This document shows positions 1-9,657 of a stretch of 53,815 nt of DNA, piece by piece. The stretch spans positions 11,835-65,649 of the forward strand of contig CAYPPS010000001.1 of NCBI GenBank assembly GCA_964412685.1, read 5' to 3'. The stretch's first letter is position 1. Every line of letters starts with the position of its first letter. The translations under genes and the position numbers were made by a program. Under the pieces are notes generated by a model. The model was not told the origin of the DNA. It saw only the letters and a list, made by a program, of their open reading frames with translations, and ran no database searches. Source of the stretch: an uncultured Gammaproteobacteria bacterium (lineage in GTDB: Bacteria; Patescibacteriota; Microgenomatia; PFEM01; CAYPPS01).

Positions 1-30
1 TAAACTACTAGCTATTAACTAGGAGTTAAA

Positions 31-432
31 ATGTTAGACCTAAGTAAAAAAACTGATTATGGCATGGAATTAATGATTGCTTTGGCTCAAGCCTTTGGTA
101 AAGGGCCGGTGTCTTTGCGAGTAATTGCCAAAGAAAAAAAATTACCTTTAAGGTTTTTGGGACAAATTGCTGGTGAGCTGCGCCAATCAGGCCTGATTGA
201 ATCCAAAGAGGGCAAGGGCGGCGGCTACTTTTTAACTGACAAACCAAGAAACATTAGTCTCGACCAGGTCGTTGAAGTTTTGGATGGCCCTTTCGGTCTA
301 GGAGATTGCGCTAGTTGTTCTAAAGCAGCGGCTTGTGGTCAAAAGGATATTTGGCAGGATGTGGGAGAACAAGTTCGAGCGACCATTAAACAAAAAACCT
401 TAGCCGATTTAATCAAGAAAAAGAGAAAATGA
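31..432 (+). CDS. Rrf2-family transcriptional regulator (IscR-like)
   Basis: 133-aa ORF. It has an Rrf2-type wHTH (VSLRVIAKEKKLPLRFLGQIAGEL) and a Cys cluster, CASCSKAAAC (C-x2-C-x5-C). AGGAG sits 5 nt upstream of the ATG. The stop overlaps the next start (ATGA). Confidence 0.85.
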   Translation: MLDLSKKTDYGMELMIALAQAFGKGPVSLRVIAKEKKLPLRFLGQIAGELRQSGLIESKEGKGGGYFLTDKPRNISLDQVVEVLDGPFGLGDCASCSKAAACGQKDIWQDVGEQVRATIKQKTLADLIKKKRK

Positions 433-1613
433 TGAAACAGGTTTATCTGGACAATGCGGCCACGACACCGGTTTCCGTTTCGGTGTTAAAAGCAATGCTG
501 CCTTATTTTAAAGATTGTTTTGGCAATCCTTCTGAACTTCATCTTTGGGGAGTAACGGCAAGAAAAGCAGTTGAAGAATCAAGAAAAAAAGTTTTAAGCT
601 TTTTTAATTTGAAAAAAGGAGAAATAGTTTTTACTTCCGGAGCCACGGAAAGCATTAATTTGGCTCACAAAGGAGTGATCGAAGCTTATCGTCTCAAGTT
701 TCCAAAAATAAAACCCCACATTATTACTACTACCATTGAACACAAAGCGACTTTGGAAACAATTAGACATTTGGAAAAATTGGGCTTAGTTAAGGCGACT
801 TACTTATCGGTCGATCACCAAGGTTTAATTTCTCTCGATCAATTAAAGAAAGCGATTACCAAAGAAACCGCTTTGATTTCTTTAATCTATGTTAACAACG
901 AAGTGGGTACGGTTCAGCCGATTGGGGAAATAGGGGTGTGGTTAAAAAAAATAAACCGGAATAGAAAAACGTCGGTTTTGTTTCATCTTGATGCGACTCA
1001 AGCAGTGGCTTATCTTGAAGTGGACATGGAAAAATTAAACATTGACTTACTTTCTTTTTCGGCTCACAAGATAAACGGTCCCAAGGGAACCGGAGCCTTG
1101 GTTTTGAGGGAAGGAGTATCTTTGATCAGGCAAATGGATGGGGGAAACCAGGAAAACAGTCTTCGTTCGGGAACAGAGAATGTGCCTGGGATTGTTGGCT
1201 TAGGCCAAGCTCTAATTGATTTTGAAGATAAAACAAAAACAGCCAAGAAAGTAATTGGCTTAAGAGACAAATTAATAAAAGGAATTTTAAAAATTAAAGG
1301 AGCAAGCTTGACCGGAGCAGAAGAGGCAAGAGCTCCTCACATTACTTCTTTCGTTTTTGAAAGCTTGGAAGGAGAAGCCCTCTTGTTGATGCTTTCAGAC
1401 GAGGGGATTGCGGCCGCTTCTGGTTCAGCCTGTACCGCTGGCAACTTAAGCCCTTCCCATGTTTTAACGGCGATGGGAATTAAGAAGGAAGCCTGTCATG
1501 GTTCTCTGAGATTGTCTTTGAGTGGAGAAACCACCGAAGAGGAAATCGAAGTTGTTTTACAAGTTTTGCCGAAGTTGGTTAAAAAGTTGAGAAAAATGGC
1601 TCCCAGCCTTTAA
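429..1613 (+). CDS. iscS: cysteine desulfurase (NifS/IscS family, PLP-dependent)
   Basis: 394 aa. PLP-lysine motif SAHKINGPKG and active-site Cys loop SGSACTAG. It lies between an Rrf2 regulator and IscU. Confidence 0.9.
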   Translation: MMKQVYLDNAATTPVSVSVLKAMLPYFKDCFGNPSELHLWGVTARKAVEESRKKVLSFFNLKKGEIVFTSGATESINLAHKGVIEAYRLKFPKIKPHIITTTIEHKATLETIRHLEKLGLVKATYLSVDHQGLISLDQLKKAITKETALISLIYVNNEVGTVQPIGEIGVWLKKINRNRKTSVLFHLDATQAVAYLEVDMEKLNIDLLSFSAHKINGPKGTGALVLREGVSLIRQMDGGNQENSLRSGTENVPGIVGLGQALIDFEDKTKTAKKVIGLRDKLIKGILKIKGASLTGAEEARAPHITSFVFESLEGEALLLMLSDEGIAAASGSACTAGNLSPSHVLTAMGIKKEACHGSLRLSLSGETTEEEIEVVLQVLPKLVKKLRKMAPSL

Positions 1614-1623
1614 GGAAGAGAAG

Positions 1624-2067
1624 ATGAAACCAGGCCAAGTAAAAATTAGAGAGGCAACCAACCAAGATGCTGATTCGATTTGTCTTATCGCGAGTCAATC
1701 GAAGGAGTTAGAAGCCTATCAGGAAAGTGGTTGGTACAGTCCGGAACAAATCGAGAAATGGATCAACGGCCAGAAAGTAATTGCTTTGGTAGCAGAGAGT
1801 GAGGGAAAAGTGATTGGCTTTGCTTTGGCAACTTTTAATTCGGATAAAGAAACCGGTTACTTGGAAGAAATGGCCATTGATTCTCGCTCTCGAGGCAAGG
1901 GAATAGGCAAGTTGCTTTTTAATGAAGTTTTTAATCAACTAAAAGGAGAAGGAGCAAATTATTTTTATGCTCTAGTTCAGGAAAAAAACCAGGGAATGGT
2001 GAATTTTATGGAAAAGCATGGGTTTAAGAAAGGCTACAAATTTTACTGGATGGACAAAAGCTTATGA
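1624..2067 (+). CDS. GNAT-family N-acetyltransferase
   Basis: 147 aa. Acetyl-CoA binding motif RSRGKGIGKLL. Its stop overlaps the iscU start. Confidence 0.8.
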   Translation: MKPGQVKIREATNQDADSICLIASQSKELEAYQESGWYSPEQIEKWINGQKVIALVAESEGKVIGFALATFNSDKETGYLEEMAIDSRSRGKGIGKLLFNEVFNQLKGEGANYFYALVQEKNQGMVNFMEKHGFKKGYKFYWMDKSL

Positions 2068-2450
2068 ACGAATTTTACAATAAAAAAGTAATGGACCATT
2101 TCAGAAATCCCAAGAACATGGGAGTGATCAAAAAAGCTGACGCCGTCAGTACAGTTGGTAATCCGGTTTGCGGAGATGTAATGAGAATGTTTCTAAAGAT
2201 AGAGAAAAAGAAAGGCAAGGAAGTCATCAAGGATATTAAGTTTCAAATCTTGGGTTGTGGAGCGGCGCTGGCGACTTCCAGCGTGACCACTCAACTGGCC
2301 AAAGGGAAAACTTTAGAAGAAGCAGCCAAGATTGACGCCCCAGAGATAATCAAAGAATTAGGTGGTTTGCCCGCCGCCAAACGTCACTGTTCTTTACTTG
2401 CTCACGAGGCTCTAAAAAAAGCGATTGCTAATTATCGCAAAAAAGTTTAA
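2064..2450 (+). CDS. iscU: Fe-S cluster assembly scaffold IscU/NifU
   Basis: 128 aa with the three conserved Cys contexts GNPVCGD, LGCGAA and RHCSLLA. Confidence 0.9.
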   Translation: MNEFYNKKVMDHFRNPKNMGVIKKADAVSTVGNPVCGDVMRMFLKIEKKKGKEVIKDIKFQILGCGAALATSSVTTQLAKGKTLEEAAKIDAPEIIKELGGLPAAKRHCSLLAHEALKKAIANYRKKV

Positions 2451-2525
2451 CTTATTGTTTTCACCTCCTTCTTTTCTTCCTGTTTCAAACTTGCTAACAT
2501 TGTTTCTAGAGAAAGGAGGAGTTTA

Positions 2526-2705
2526 ATGTTTCACAAACAAAGCAAGATGATTTCCCAAGTCTTGAAAGCGGTTTCGGTTGTCTGTGTGCTTTTGGCGGCT
2601 TTGGGTTTTGCTTGGGGTGATGTCTGGCTGGCCTCGACTCAATGGCTGTTAATCGCCCTTGTTTTTGGCGTTTGGGCCATTTATTTAAAAATTGAAGGGA
2701 AATAA
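2526..2705 (+). CDS. small hydrophobic protein (59 aa, two predicted TM segments)
   Basis: This ORF is absent from the supplied track, being under 60 aa: MFHKQSKMISQVLKAVSVVCVLLAALGFAWGDVWLASTQWLLIALVFGVWAIYLKIEGK. A strong SD (GAAAGGAGGAG) ends about 5 nt before the ATG at 2526. It fills an otherwise empty 290-bp gap. Confidence 0.55.
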   Translation: MFHKQSKMISQVLKAVSVVCVLLAALGFAWGDVWLASTQWLLIALVFGVWAIYLKIEGK

Positions 2706-2739
2706 GACGTTGCTCTCAGAAGGGGCAAGATAAAGAAAA

Positions 2740-3396
2740 ATGATATTGGTTAATTTTAAAACCTATCAGTCGGGTTCTGGTGGAGAAGCGGTTGAGCTAG
2801 CTGAAATTTGTCAGGAAGTTCAAAAAGAAACTGGAGTGGAAATTATTCCGGTGGTTCAAGCATTGGACCTGAGTTCGGTCGTGGTCAAACACCAACTGGC
2901 TTGGTTGCAGCACTTAGACCCCTCTCTGCAAGGCGCTTTTACCGGATCGATTAATTTGGAAACGGCTCTGGAGCGTGGCGCCCAAGGGGTGATTCTCAAT
3001 CATTCGGAAAAAAAACTTCCTCCGGGAAAAATTCGCCAAATGATCAAGAGGTGTCGAGATCAAAAAGGTAACTTTCAGATTTTGGTTTGTTGCCGTTCCT
3101 TGACCCAAGCGCGAAAGTATTTAAAATTTAAACCCGATTTTTTGGCTTATGAACCGGTTGAGTTAATTGGAGGAGAGATTTCCGTCTCTCAAGCCAAGCC
3201 AGGGATGATTGAGAATTTCGTTGAACTGATTAACAAAAAGACTTTTCCGGTGATTGGAGCGGGTATAAAAACGGCCGAGGATATCAAAGTGGGATTAAAA
3301 TTAGGAGCAAAAGGATTTTTGGTTACCTCGGGAGTTGTGACCGTCAAAGATCCTAAAAAACGATTATTAGAACTCGCCAAAGCGTTTAAAAAATAA
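2740..3396 (+). CDS. tpiA: triosephosphate isomerase, short archaeal-type
   Basis: 218 aa. LVNFKTY (catalytic Lys), ILNHSE (His) and AYEPVELIGG (Glu). Length and motifs resemble archaeal TIM rather than the ~250-aa bacterial form. Confidence 0.8.
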   Translation: MILVNFKTYQSGSGGEAVELAEICQEVQKETGVEIIPVVQALDLSSVVVKHQLAWLQHLDPSLQGAFTGSINLETALERGAQGVILNHSEKKLPPGKIRQMIKRCRDQKGNFQILVCCRSLTQARKYLKFKPDFLAYEPVELIGGEISVSQAKPGMIENFVELINKKTFPVIGAGIKTAEDIKVGLKLGAKGFLVTSGVVTVKDPKKRLLELAKAFKK

Positions 3397-3404
3397 ATTT
3401 AAAG

Positions 3405-3959
3405 ATGGGTAAAAAATATACTATTTGTGTTAGCGGAGGGGCGGAAGGCGGAAACGCCAAGAAAGCTAAAGTCATGTCTTACAAAGTCGGCCAATTGATT
3501 GCCCAAAAAGGTTGTGTTCTGATTACCGGAGCAACGACTGGCGTTCCTTTTGAAGCGGCTAGGGGAGCTAAAGAAGCTGGCGGGTCAAACATTGGATTCT
3601 CCCCAGCGGGAAGCGAAGAAGAGCATGTCAGGAAATATCGCCTGCCGGCGGATAAAGATATTTTTGACCACATTATCTATGCCGAAGCGGGCTATACGGG
3701 CAGAAATTTATTAATGGTTCGTAGTTCGGATGCGACAATTGTGATTGATGGTCGGATTGGAACTTTAAATGAGTTCACCGTCGCTTTTGAAGAAAATGAA
3801 ATTATTGGTGTTCTGCAAGGTTCTGGAGGAATTGCCGATGAGATTGAGCGCTTGCTTTCCGTCGCTGGTAAAGGACTGAGGAAAACTATTTTTGACGACG
3901 ATCCGGAAAAACTGGTGAAGAAAGTAATTGCTCGGATTAAAAAAGAAAAGAAGAGGTAA
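3405..3959 (+). CDS. LOG/TIGR00725-like Rossmann-fold protein
   Basis: 184 aa. Motifs ICVSGGAEGG, LITGATTGVPFEAARGAKEAGG and DGRIGTLNEF; the last resembles the PGGxGTxxE motif of the LOG family. Confidence 0.65.
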   Translation: MGKKYTICVSGGAEGGNAKKAKVMSYKVGQLIAQKGCVLITGATTGVPFEAARGAKEAGGSNIGFSPAGSEEEHVRKYRLPADKDIFDHIIYAEAGYTGRNLLMVRSSDATIVIDGRIGTLNEFTVAFEENEIIGVLQGSGGIADEIERLLSVAGKGLRKTIFDDDPEKLVKKVIARIKKEKKR

Positions 3960-3963
3960 AATA

Positions 3964-4980
3964 ATGAAACTACCTGGCCTGGAAGACTACAACTTTAAGA
4001 ATAAGAAAGTCCTCCTTCGTCTCAGTTTGGACGTTCCTTTGGAAGTTGACCCTCACGGCCATCTAGAAATCAAAGATACTACCAGAATTGACGAATCGTT
4101 GGAGACGATTAATTTCTTGATTAAGCAAAAACCAAAACAAATTATTGTTTTGTCCCATCTCGGTCGGCCTAAAGGCAAAGTCGTGCCGGAATTAAGCCTG
4201 CAGCCCGTGGCTCAATATTTAGATGAAAAAATTGGTCGAAAAGTAAAAGCGGCGGGAATAGAATTCTATCTAAGAGAAAACTTACGTTTTGATAAAGGGG
4301 AAATAAAGAATTCTCTCGTTTTGGCAAAAAAAATGGCTCGAGGAATGGATGTTTTTGTCAACGAAGCCTTTGCAGTTGCTCATCGAAGGCATGCCTCAGT
4401 CGTTGGTTTGACTAAACTTTTGCCGACCTTTTTTGGTTTTGACTTTTTGAAAGAATGGCAAGTTTTAAGCGAGTTAAGACAAAATCCAGATCGACCGGTG
4501 GTTTTGCTTCTTGGGGGAGCCAAGCGAGACAAGATTGAATTGGCAAAGAAATTAATCTATTGGGCTGATTTTGTGTTGGTGGGGGGAAAGTTAGTCGAAT
4601 ATGATGGTTTGCCAGTTTTGGCCAAACATCCCAAAGTGATTGGCAGCCTGACTCACGATGGTAAGGATATCAACGAAAAAGCAGTTAAAGTTTTTATTCC
4701 CATTTTAAAGAAAGCGAAGACGATCATCTGGGCAGGACCAATGGGAGCGTTTGAAGAAAAGAAGTCGGCCAAGGGGACGGAAATGATCGGCAAATTAGTG
4801 GCCGGATCAAAAGCGTTTAAAGTGATCGGAGGAGGAGACACGAAGACAGCGCTGTCCTCACTTAACTTAATTGATAAAATGGATTACGTTTCCTCTGGTG
4901 GTGGAGCAATGCTTTACTTTTTGGCTCACGGTAATTTACCGGCTTTGGAAAGACTGAAAAATGACAAAGATAGCGATTAA
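3964..4980 (+). CDS. pgk: phosphoglycerate kinase (short form)
   Basis: Motifs SHLGRPKG, GGAKRDKI, GPMGAFE and GGGDT. I prefer the ATG at 3964 (MKLPG...) to the track start at 3928, which overlaps the upstream gene by 32 nt. Confidence 0.88.
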   Translation: MKLPGLEDYNFKNKKVLLRLSLDVPLEVDPHGHLEIKDTTRIDESLETINFLIKQKPKQIIVLSHLGRPKGKVVPELSLQPVAQYLDEKIGRKVKAAGIEFYLRENLRFDKGEIKNSLVLAKKMARGMDVFVNEAFAVAHRRHASVVGLTKLLPTFFGFDFLKEWQVLSELRQNPDRPVVLLLGGAKRDKIELAKKLIYWADFVLVGGKLVEYDGLPVLAKHPKVIGSLTHDGKDINEKAVKVFIPILKKAKTIIWAGPMGAFEEKKSAKGTEMIGKLVAGSKAFKVIGGGDTKTALSSLNLIDKMDYVSSGGGAMLYFLAHGNLPALERLKNDKDSD

Positions 4981-6010
4981 TGGTTTTGGCCGAATCGGCC
5001 GAATTGCTTTAAGACTGGCCTTGACGGACTATAGAGATCAGCTGGAAGTGGTGGCGATTAATACTTCCGGATCGATGCCGATTGAAGGTTGGGCTCATCT
5101 TTTAGAATATGATACTGTTCATGGTCGCTTCGACCTTGAGGTGAAAATAGAAAAAGGCCAAGAAGGAGAGATAGGCCGATTGAAAATAGACGAAAAGATT
5201 ATTCCCGTTTTAGTTCAACGGGATCCGAGTAAACTTCCCTGGAAGAAATATCAACCAGAAGTGGTGATTGAATCAACAGGGGTTTTTAATGATAAAAAGA
5301 GCGCCTCACTTCATCTGAAAGCGGGAACCAAAAAGGTAGTTGTTTCCGCCGCCACCGACGAAGTTCAGGACTATGTCATTGGCGTTAATGAAAAAAAATA
5401 TAAGGGAGCCTTGGTGGTTGGCAATGCTTCTTGTACCACTAATTGCGTTGCTCCAATTGTCAAAGTGATTAAAGAAAATTTTGGCTTGCAGAAAGCGATG
5501 ATGACAACCGTTCACGCTTATACTGCCTTGCAAAGCTTGACTGATGATTCCCACAAAGACTTGCGCCGGGCGAGGGCGGCGGCTCAAAATCTGATCCCCA
5601 CTTCCACCGGAGCGGCCAAAACTACCGTTGAAGTAATTCCTGAGATTAAAGGCCTTTTTGACGGCTTAGCCGTTAGAGCTCCCATTCTTTGCGGTTCGGT
5701 TTCTGACATTACCTTACTAACTCTAAAAAGAACCAGTGTCGAAGAAGTAAATCAGGCTTTTATTAAGGTGGCAAAAGGAGAACTGAAAGACATTCTGGAA
5801 ACGACAATTAAACCCTTAGTCTCCTCTGATATTTTGGGCTCAAGGGCTTCGGCAATCATTGATTTGAATCTGACTAAAGTGGTCGACGGTGACCTGGTTA
5901 AAGTGGTGGCTTGGTATGATAATGAATGGGGTTATTCTTGTCGATTGTTGGAACTGGCGCTTTTAGTGGCTGCTCCGTCTGCCGGCGGACAGGTTAAAAA
6001 GAAAAAATGA
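4961..6010 (+). CDS. gap: glyceraldehyde-3-phosphate dehydrogenase
   Basis: 349 aa. INGFGRIGR NAD-binding motif, catalytic ASCTTNC, and WYDNEWGYS. Confidence 0.95.
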   Translation: MTKIAINGFGRIGRIALRLALTDYRDQLEVVAINTSGSMPIEGWAHLLEYDTVHGRFDLEVKIEKGQEGEIGRLKIDEKIIPVLVQRDPSKLPWKKYQPEVVIESTGVFNDKKSASLHLKAGTKKVVVSAATDEVQDYVIGVNEKKYKGALVVGNASCTTNCVAPIVKVIKENFGLQKAMMTTVHAYTALQSLTDDSHKDLRRARAAAQNLIPTSTGAAKTTVEVIPEIKGLFDGLAVRAPILCGSVSDITLLTLKRTSVEEVNQAFIKVAKGELKDILETTIKPLVSSDILGSRASAIIDLNLTKVVDGDLVKVVAWYDNEWGYSCRLLELALLVAAPSAGGQVKKKK

Positions 6011-6678
6011 AGATAAAAAACTTGGCTTCTTATCTGGATTTAGCCAACCATCATCCTGATGCTCAACCGGAAGAAATCAAGAAGCTTTGTCGTCTGGTGG
6101 CCAAGTATCATTTTAATTCCGCCTTTGTTAATCCCTATTTTGTCACTTTGGCCAAGAGCCAATCTCAAGAGATTAAAGTGGGAACAGTGATCGCCTTTCC
6201 TTTGGGCCAGGAAAAGACGGACATTAAATTAATTAGCGCCCTGTCAGCCGTTAAAGACGGAGCTGATGAGCTGGACGTTTCTCTCAACATTGGCCTCTTT
6301 AAAGCCGGCGATTATCCTCATACTCTAGAAGAAATGAGGCGAATCGTTGAGGCGGTTAAATCAATCAAATCGCAAACAATAATTAAGTTTATTATTGAGA
6401 CTGGCCTTTTAACTGACGAAGAAATTAAAAGAGCCGCCAGCCTCGTTTTAAAAGCCAACGGTGATTTTGTCAAAACCTGTTCTGGCATGGGTCCAAGAGG
6501 AGCCAAGCTGAAAGATGTTCAATTAATCAGAGAAGCAATTGGGACATCAGTTCCCATCAAGGTCGCTGGCGGGATTCGCAACTTGAAAACCGCTAAGAGT
6601 TTTATTGAGGCTGGAGCGAGTCGAATTGGCACCTCTAAAGCAGTGGAAATCGTAGAAGAAGAAAAGAAAATTAAATGA
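6007..6678 (+). CDS. deoC: deoxyribose-phosphate aldolase
   Basis: 223 aa class I aldolase. Schiff-base Lys context DFVKTCSG and KVAGGIR. ATGA overlap with gap. Confidence 0.85.
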   Translation: MKIKNLASYLDLANHHPDAQPEEIKKLCRLVAKYHFNSAFVNPYFVTLAKSQSQEIKVGTVIAFPLGQEKTDIKLISALSAVKDGADELDVSLNIGLFKAGDYPHTLEEMRRIVEAVKSIKSQTIIKFIIETGLLTDEEIKRAASLVLKANGDFVKTCSGMGPRGAKLKDVQLIREAIGTSVPIKVAGGIRNLKTAKSFIEAGASRIGTSKAVEIVEEEKKIK

Positions 6679-6792
6679 AAAAAAGAATTGGAACCTATTT
6701 TATTTATTGTTTGATTTTCTCTTTTGGCTTTTAGTGATTTCAGTTATTAGGCTAGTTGTTGTAAAGTTGATTAAAGGAGCAGGAAAAGATAA

Positions 6793-7677
6793 ATGACCAA
6801 CAGTAAGGAAATATTGCTTCAGGCAAAAAAGCAGGGCATTGCGTTAGGGGCTTTTAATGCCGGTAATTTGGAGATTGTTAAAGCTGTCGTAGCCGCGGCT
6901 AAGGCAAAAAAAAGTCCTATTATCATCGAAGCTTCTCAGGGGGAAATTGACCATTTTGGAATGGAGAACTTCTTAAGTGTCGTCAAGAAGTTAAGTCAGG
7001 GATTGTCTTCTCCAATCCTAACCAATTTTGACCATGGGCCAGGATTGGAAGAATGCCAAGCAGCAATTGAGGCTGGTTTTGACTTGGTCCATTTTGACGG
7101 TTCCCAACTTCCTTTAGAAGAAAACTTGAAAATCACCAAAATTTTGCTTCAACAAGCAAAAGAAAAAGGAGTCTTGATTGAGGCGGAGATTAATCCAATA
7201 GCTAATCGTTCGCAAGTTTATTCTCAAGATCCAAAAACGGTTCAATCTCAACATGAATACACTGATCCTCAGATGGCCCACGACTTTGTCGCCGAAACCA
7301 AAGTTGATTTACTGGCCGTTTTTGTGGGCAATCTCCACGGTGTCTATCCTTCGCCGCCAAGATTGGATTTAGAAAGATTAAAGCTCATTTCTCAAGAAAC
7401 TGATTGTTTTTTGAGTCTTCATGGCGGCTCGGGTTTATCTCCTGATGACATTAAGATGGCCATTGCTGTTGGCAAAATTGTCAAGATCAACATCAACACC
7501 GAGTTAAGAGTTGCTTTCAAAGAAACTTTAAGCAACGTTCTTAAAGGTTCGGAAGAATTGGCGGTTTACAAGCTAATGCCCCCGGTTGAGGCGGCGATTC
7601 AGAATGCAGTTGAAGAAAAAATTGACCTTTTTAGACAGGGAGCTTTAAATCAAGAGGAAGCCAGCGATGAAATATGA
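6793..7677 (+). CDS. fba: class II fructose-bisphosphate aldolase family protein
   Basis: 294 aa with FDHG, HFDGS, LHGGSG and NINTELR motifs of the metal-dependent aldolases. Confidence 0.85.
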   Translation: MTNSKEILLQAKKQGIALGAFNAGNLEIVKAVVAAAKAKKSPIIIEASQGEIDHFGMENFLSVVKKLSQGLSSPILTNFDHGPGLEECQAAIEAGFDLVHFDGSQLPLEENLKITKILLQQAKEKGVLIEAEINPIANRSQVYSQDPKTVQSQHEYTDPQMAHDFVAETKVDLLAVFVGNLHGVYPSPPRLDLERLKLISQETDCFLSLHGGSGLSPDDIKMAIAVGKIVKININTELRVAFKETLSNVLKGSEELAVYKLMPPVEAAIQNAVEEKIDLFRQGALNQEEASDEI

Positions 7678-8632
7678 CGTTATCTCTTTCGGCTCGGCCA
7701 TTCTCGACGTCTTCGTTAACAGTTCCGAGCTAAAAGTTTTTACCGACAAAAATAATTCAACCGGAAAAAGTTTCTCTCTTCCAGTGGGAGCAAAGTTAAA
7801 AGCCGACGAGCTGGAGATTCATTCTGGCGGAGGAGGAACGAATGCCGCCGTTAGTTTTGCCCGAATGGGATTAAAAACAGGAGTGGTGGCTCGTTGTGGT
7901 TGGGATCTGGCCGGCAAATTAATTCGCCAGGAATTAAAAGAAGAAAAAGTCACCGACCAATTATTGGTTCAGTTCGAAGGGGAAAGAACCGATTGGTCAA
8001 TCATCTTGATTGACGGTCAAGGTAATTCAACTATTCTAGTCTGGCGAGGGGAAACCAGACTGGAAAAAAGCGTTATTAACTTGTCTTTACTAAATAGCTT
8101 TTGGTTTTACCTGGCTTCCTTGGAAGGCAATTTAGAGTTAGTTGAGTTTTTACTTGATCTGGCCAACAAGAATCACATCAAAGTGGCTTGGAATCCGGGT
8201 CGAAGAGAAATAGAACAAAAAGAGACTCTTTTGGCTCTAGCTCCCAAAGTTGAAACCTTGATTCTTAATCAGAAAGAATTATTGAGATTGACTAAACCTT
8301 CTTTGACTTCTGATCAAGCTTTTGAGAATCTAAGCAAAATTTTACCGAAAACTAATCTAATTATTACTAACGGAAAAGAGGGAGTAAAAGCCAAAGATGC
8401 TCAAGGAAAAATTTTTAATTTACCCGGTTTAACAGTTAATCAAAAAGACCAAACCGGAGCAGGGGATGGTTTTGCCAGTGGTTTTGTTGCCGGGTTAATT
8501 AAACAAGAATCATTTGAAAAAGCACTTCAAAGAGGGGCGGTTAATGGGGCTTCGGTGGTGACCAAAATTGGAGCCAAGTCCGGTCTAATTTTCGAAAAGG
8601 AACTGGATTATTGGCTTTCTAAATTAGACTGA
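7667..8632 (+). CDS. PfkB/ribokinase-family carbohydrate kinase
   Basis: 321 aa with GGGGTNAA and the C-terminal signature TGAGDGFASGF. It overlaps fba by 11 nt. Confidence 0.85.
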   Translation: MKYDVISFGSAILDVFVNSSELKVFTDKNNSTGKSFSLPVGAKLKADELEIHSGGGGTNAAVSFARMGLKTGVVARCGWDLAGKLIRQELKEEKVTDQLLVQFEGERTDWSIILIDGQGNSTILVWRGETRLEKSVINLSLLNSFWFYLASLEGNLELVEFLLDLANKNHIKVAWNPGRREIEQKETLLALAPKVETLILNQKELLRLTKPSLTSDQAFENLSKILPKTNLIITNGKEGVKAKDAQGKIFNLPGLTVNQKDQTGAGDGFASGFVAGLIKQESFEKALQRGAVNGASVVTKIGAKSGLIFEKELDYWLSKLD

Positions 8633-8668
8633 AGTAAGGAAAAATTATTCATATTTGAACAACTTTCT

Positions 8669-9640
8669 TTGAATCTTGAAACGCAAAATCACCAGCCGAA
8701 GAAAAGACGAAACAAAAAGCAGATCACCGGCAGTCGTTGGGCCATCTTTTTTGTTTTTCTGATTACCAGTCTTTTGTCGTTTGTTTTTTGGCTCTCACCT
8801 CAATTAACTAATTTTTGGCAAGGATTAAAAAGTCCACTGGTGATTGTCAGTAGTCAAAACCAAGTTGATGAGCATTTGGATTTGGGACCAATCAAAGACC
8901 CCCAAAAATTAATCGCTCAATTCAAAGAGATGTCTTCAAATTTAGCAGGTGATTATGGTTTTGTTGTTTGGGCTCTAAAAGATGATCGAGTTTATGGTTC
9001 TAAAGAAGAAAAGATTTTTCCGGCCGCTTCATTGATGAAATTACCGGTAATGATCACCTACTTTCGACAAGTTGAAGCGGGAGAACTCAAGTCTTGGGCC
9101 AGATATGTTCTCAAAGACGAGGACAAAATTGGCGGTGCGGGAATGTTAATTAACCAATCGGCGGGAGCCTTTTGGACCAATGATCAATTAGTTAGCTTCA
9201 TGGGTAAATATTCTGACAATACAGCCTTTGCGATTATCAGGGAAAAAGTTGGCGAAGAGAAAATAAACCAGACAATTGAAGATTTAAAAATGGAGAAAAC
9301 CAATCTGACTGAATTTGAAACCACTCCTCTAGATATTGCTCGGTTATTTAAAGCCGTTTTTGATGAAGGAGTAATCAATAAGCCTCACCGACAAGATTTT
9401 CTTGACAGTTTGACGGAAACCGTTTTCGAAAAAAGAATTCCCGAGGGGATATCAGAAAAAATAAAAGTGGCTCACAAAGTAGGAACCGATATGGGGACGT
9501 ATTCGGACGGAGGAATTATCTTTTCCGCCGACCCCTTCATTCTAGTCGTGATGAGCAAGAATGCCGCTCAGGGAAAAGCGGAAACTTTTATTGCCGATTT
9601 CACCAGCCTAGTTTACAAATTTGAAACAGAAGAAAATTAA
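8669..9640 (+). CDS. membrane-anchored serine hydrolase, class A beta-lactamase fold
   Basis: 323 aa with an N-terminal TM helix. S-x-x-K (ASLMK) and SDN (YSDNTA) motifs. TTG start as given in the track; the true start is uncertain. Confidence 0.7.
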   Translation: MNLETQNHQPKKRRNKKQITGSRWAIFFVFLITSLLSFVFWLSPQLTNFWQGLKSPLVIVSSQNQVDEHLDLGPIKDPQKLIAQFKEMSSNLAGDYGFVVWALKDDRVYGSKEEKIFPAASLMKLPVMITYFRQVEAGELKSWARYVLKDEDKIGGAGMLINQSAGAFWTNDQLVSFMGKYSDNTAFAIIREKVGEEKINQTIEDLKMEKTNLTEFETTPLDIARLFKAVFDEGVINKPHRQDFLDSLTETVFEKRIPEGISEKIKVAHKVGTDMGTYSDGGIIFSADPFILVVMSKNAAQGKAETFIADFTSLVYKFETEEN

Positions 9641-9657
9641 AAGGGTGGAGCGTAGGC

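Noticed and set aside
3928-3963. Upstream start at 3928 for pgk
   Set aside because: It would overlap the LOG-like gene by 32 nt and add a Lys/Arg-rich extension. The ATG at 3964 gives the conserved PGK N-terminus.
6675-6734. 19-aa ORF (MKKRIGTYFIYCLIFSFGF) overlapping the deoC stop
   Set aside because: It is too short, has no independent RBS and probably arises by chance in AT-rich intergenic sequence.
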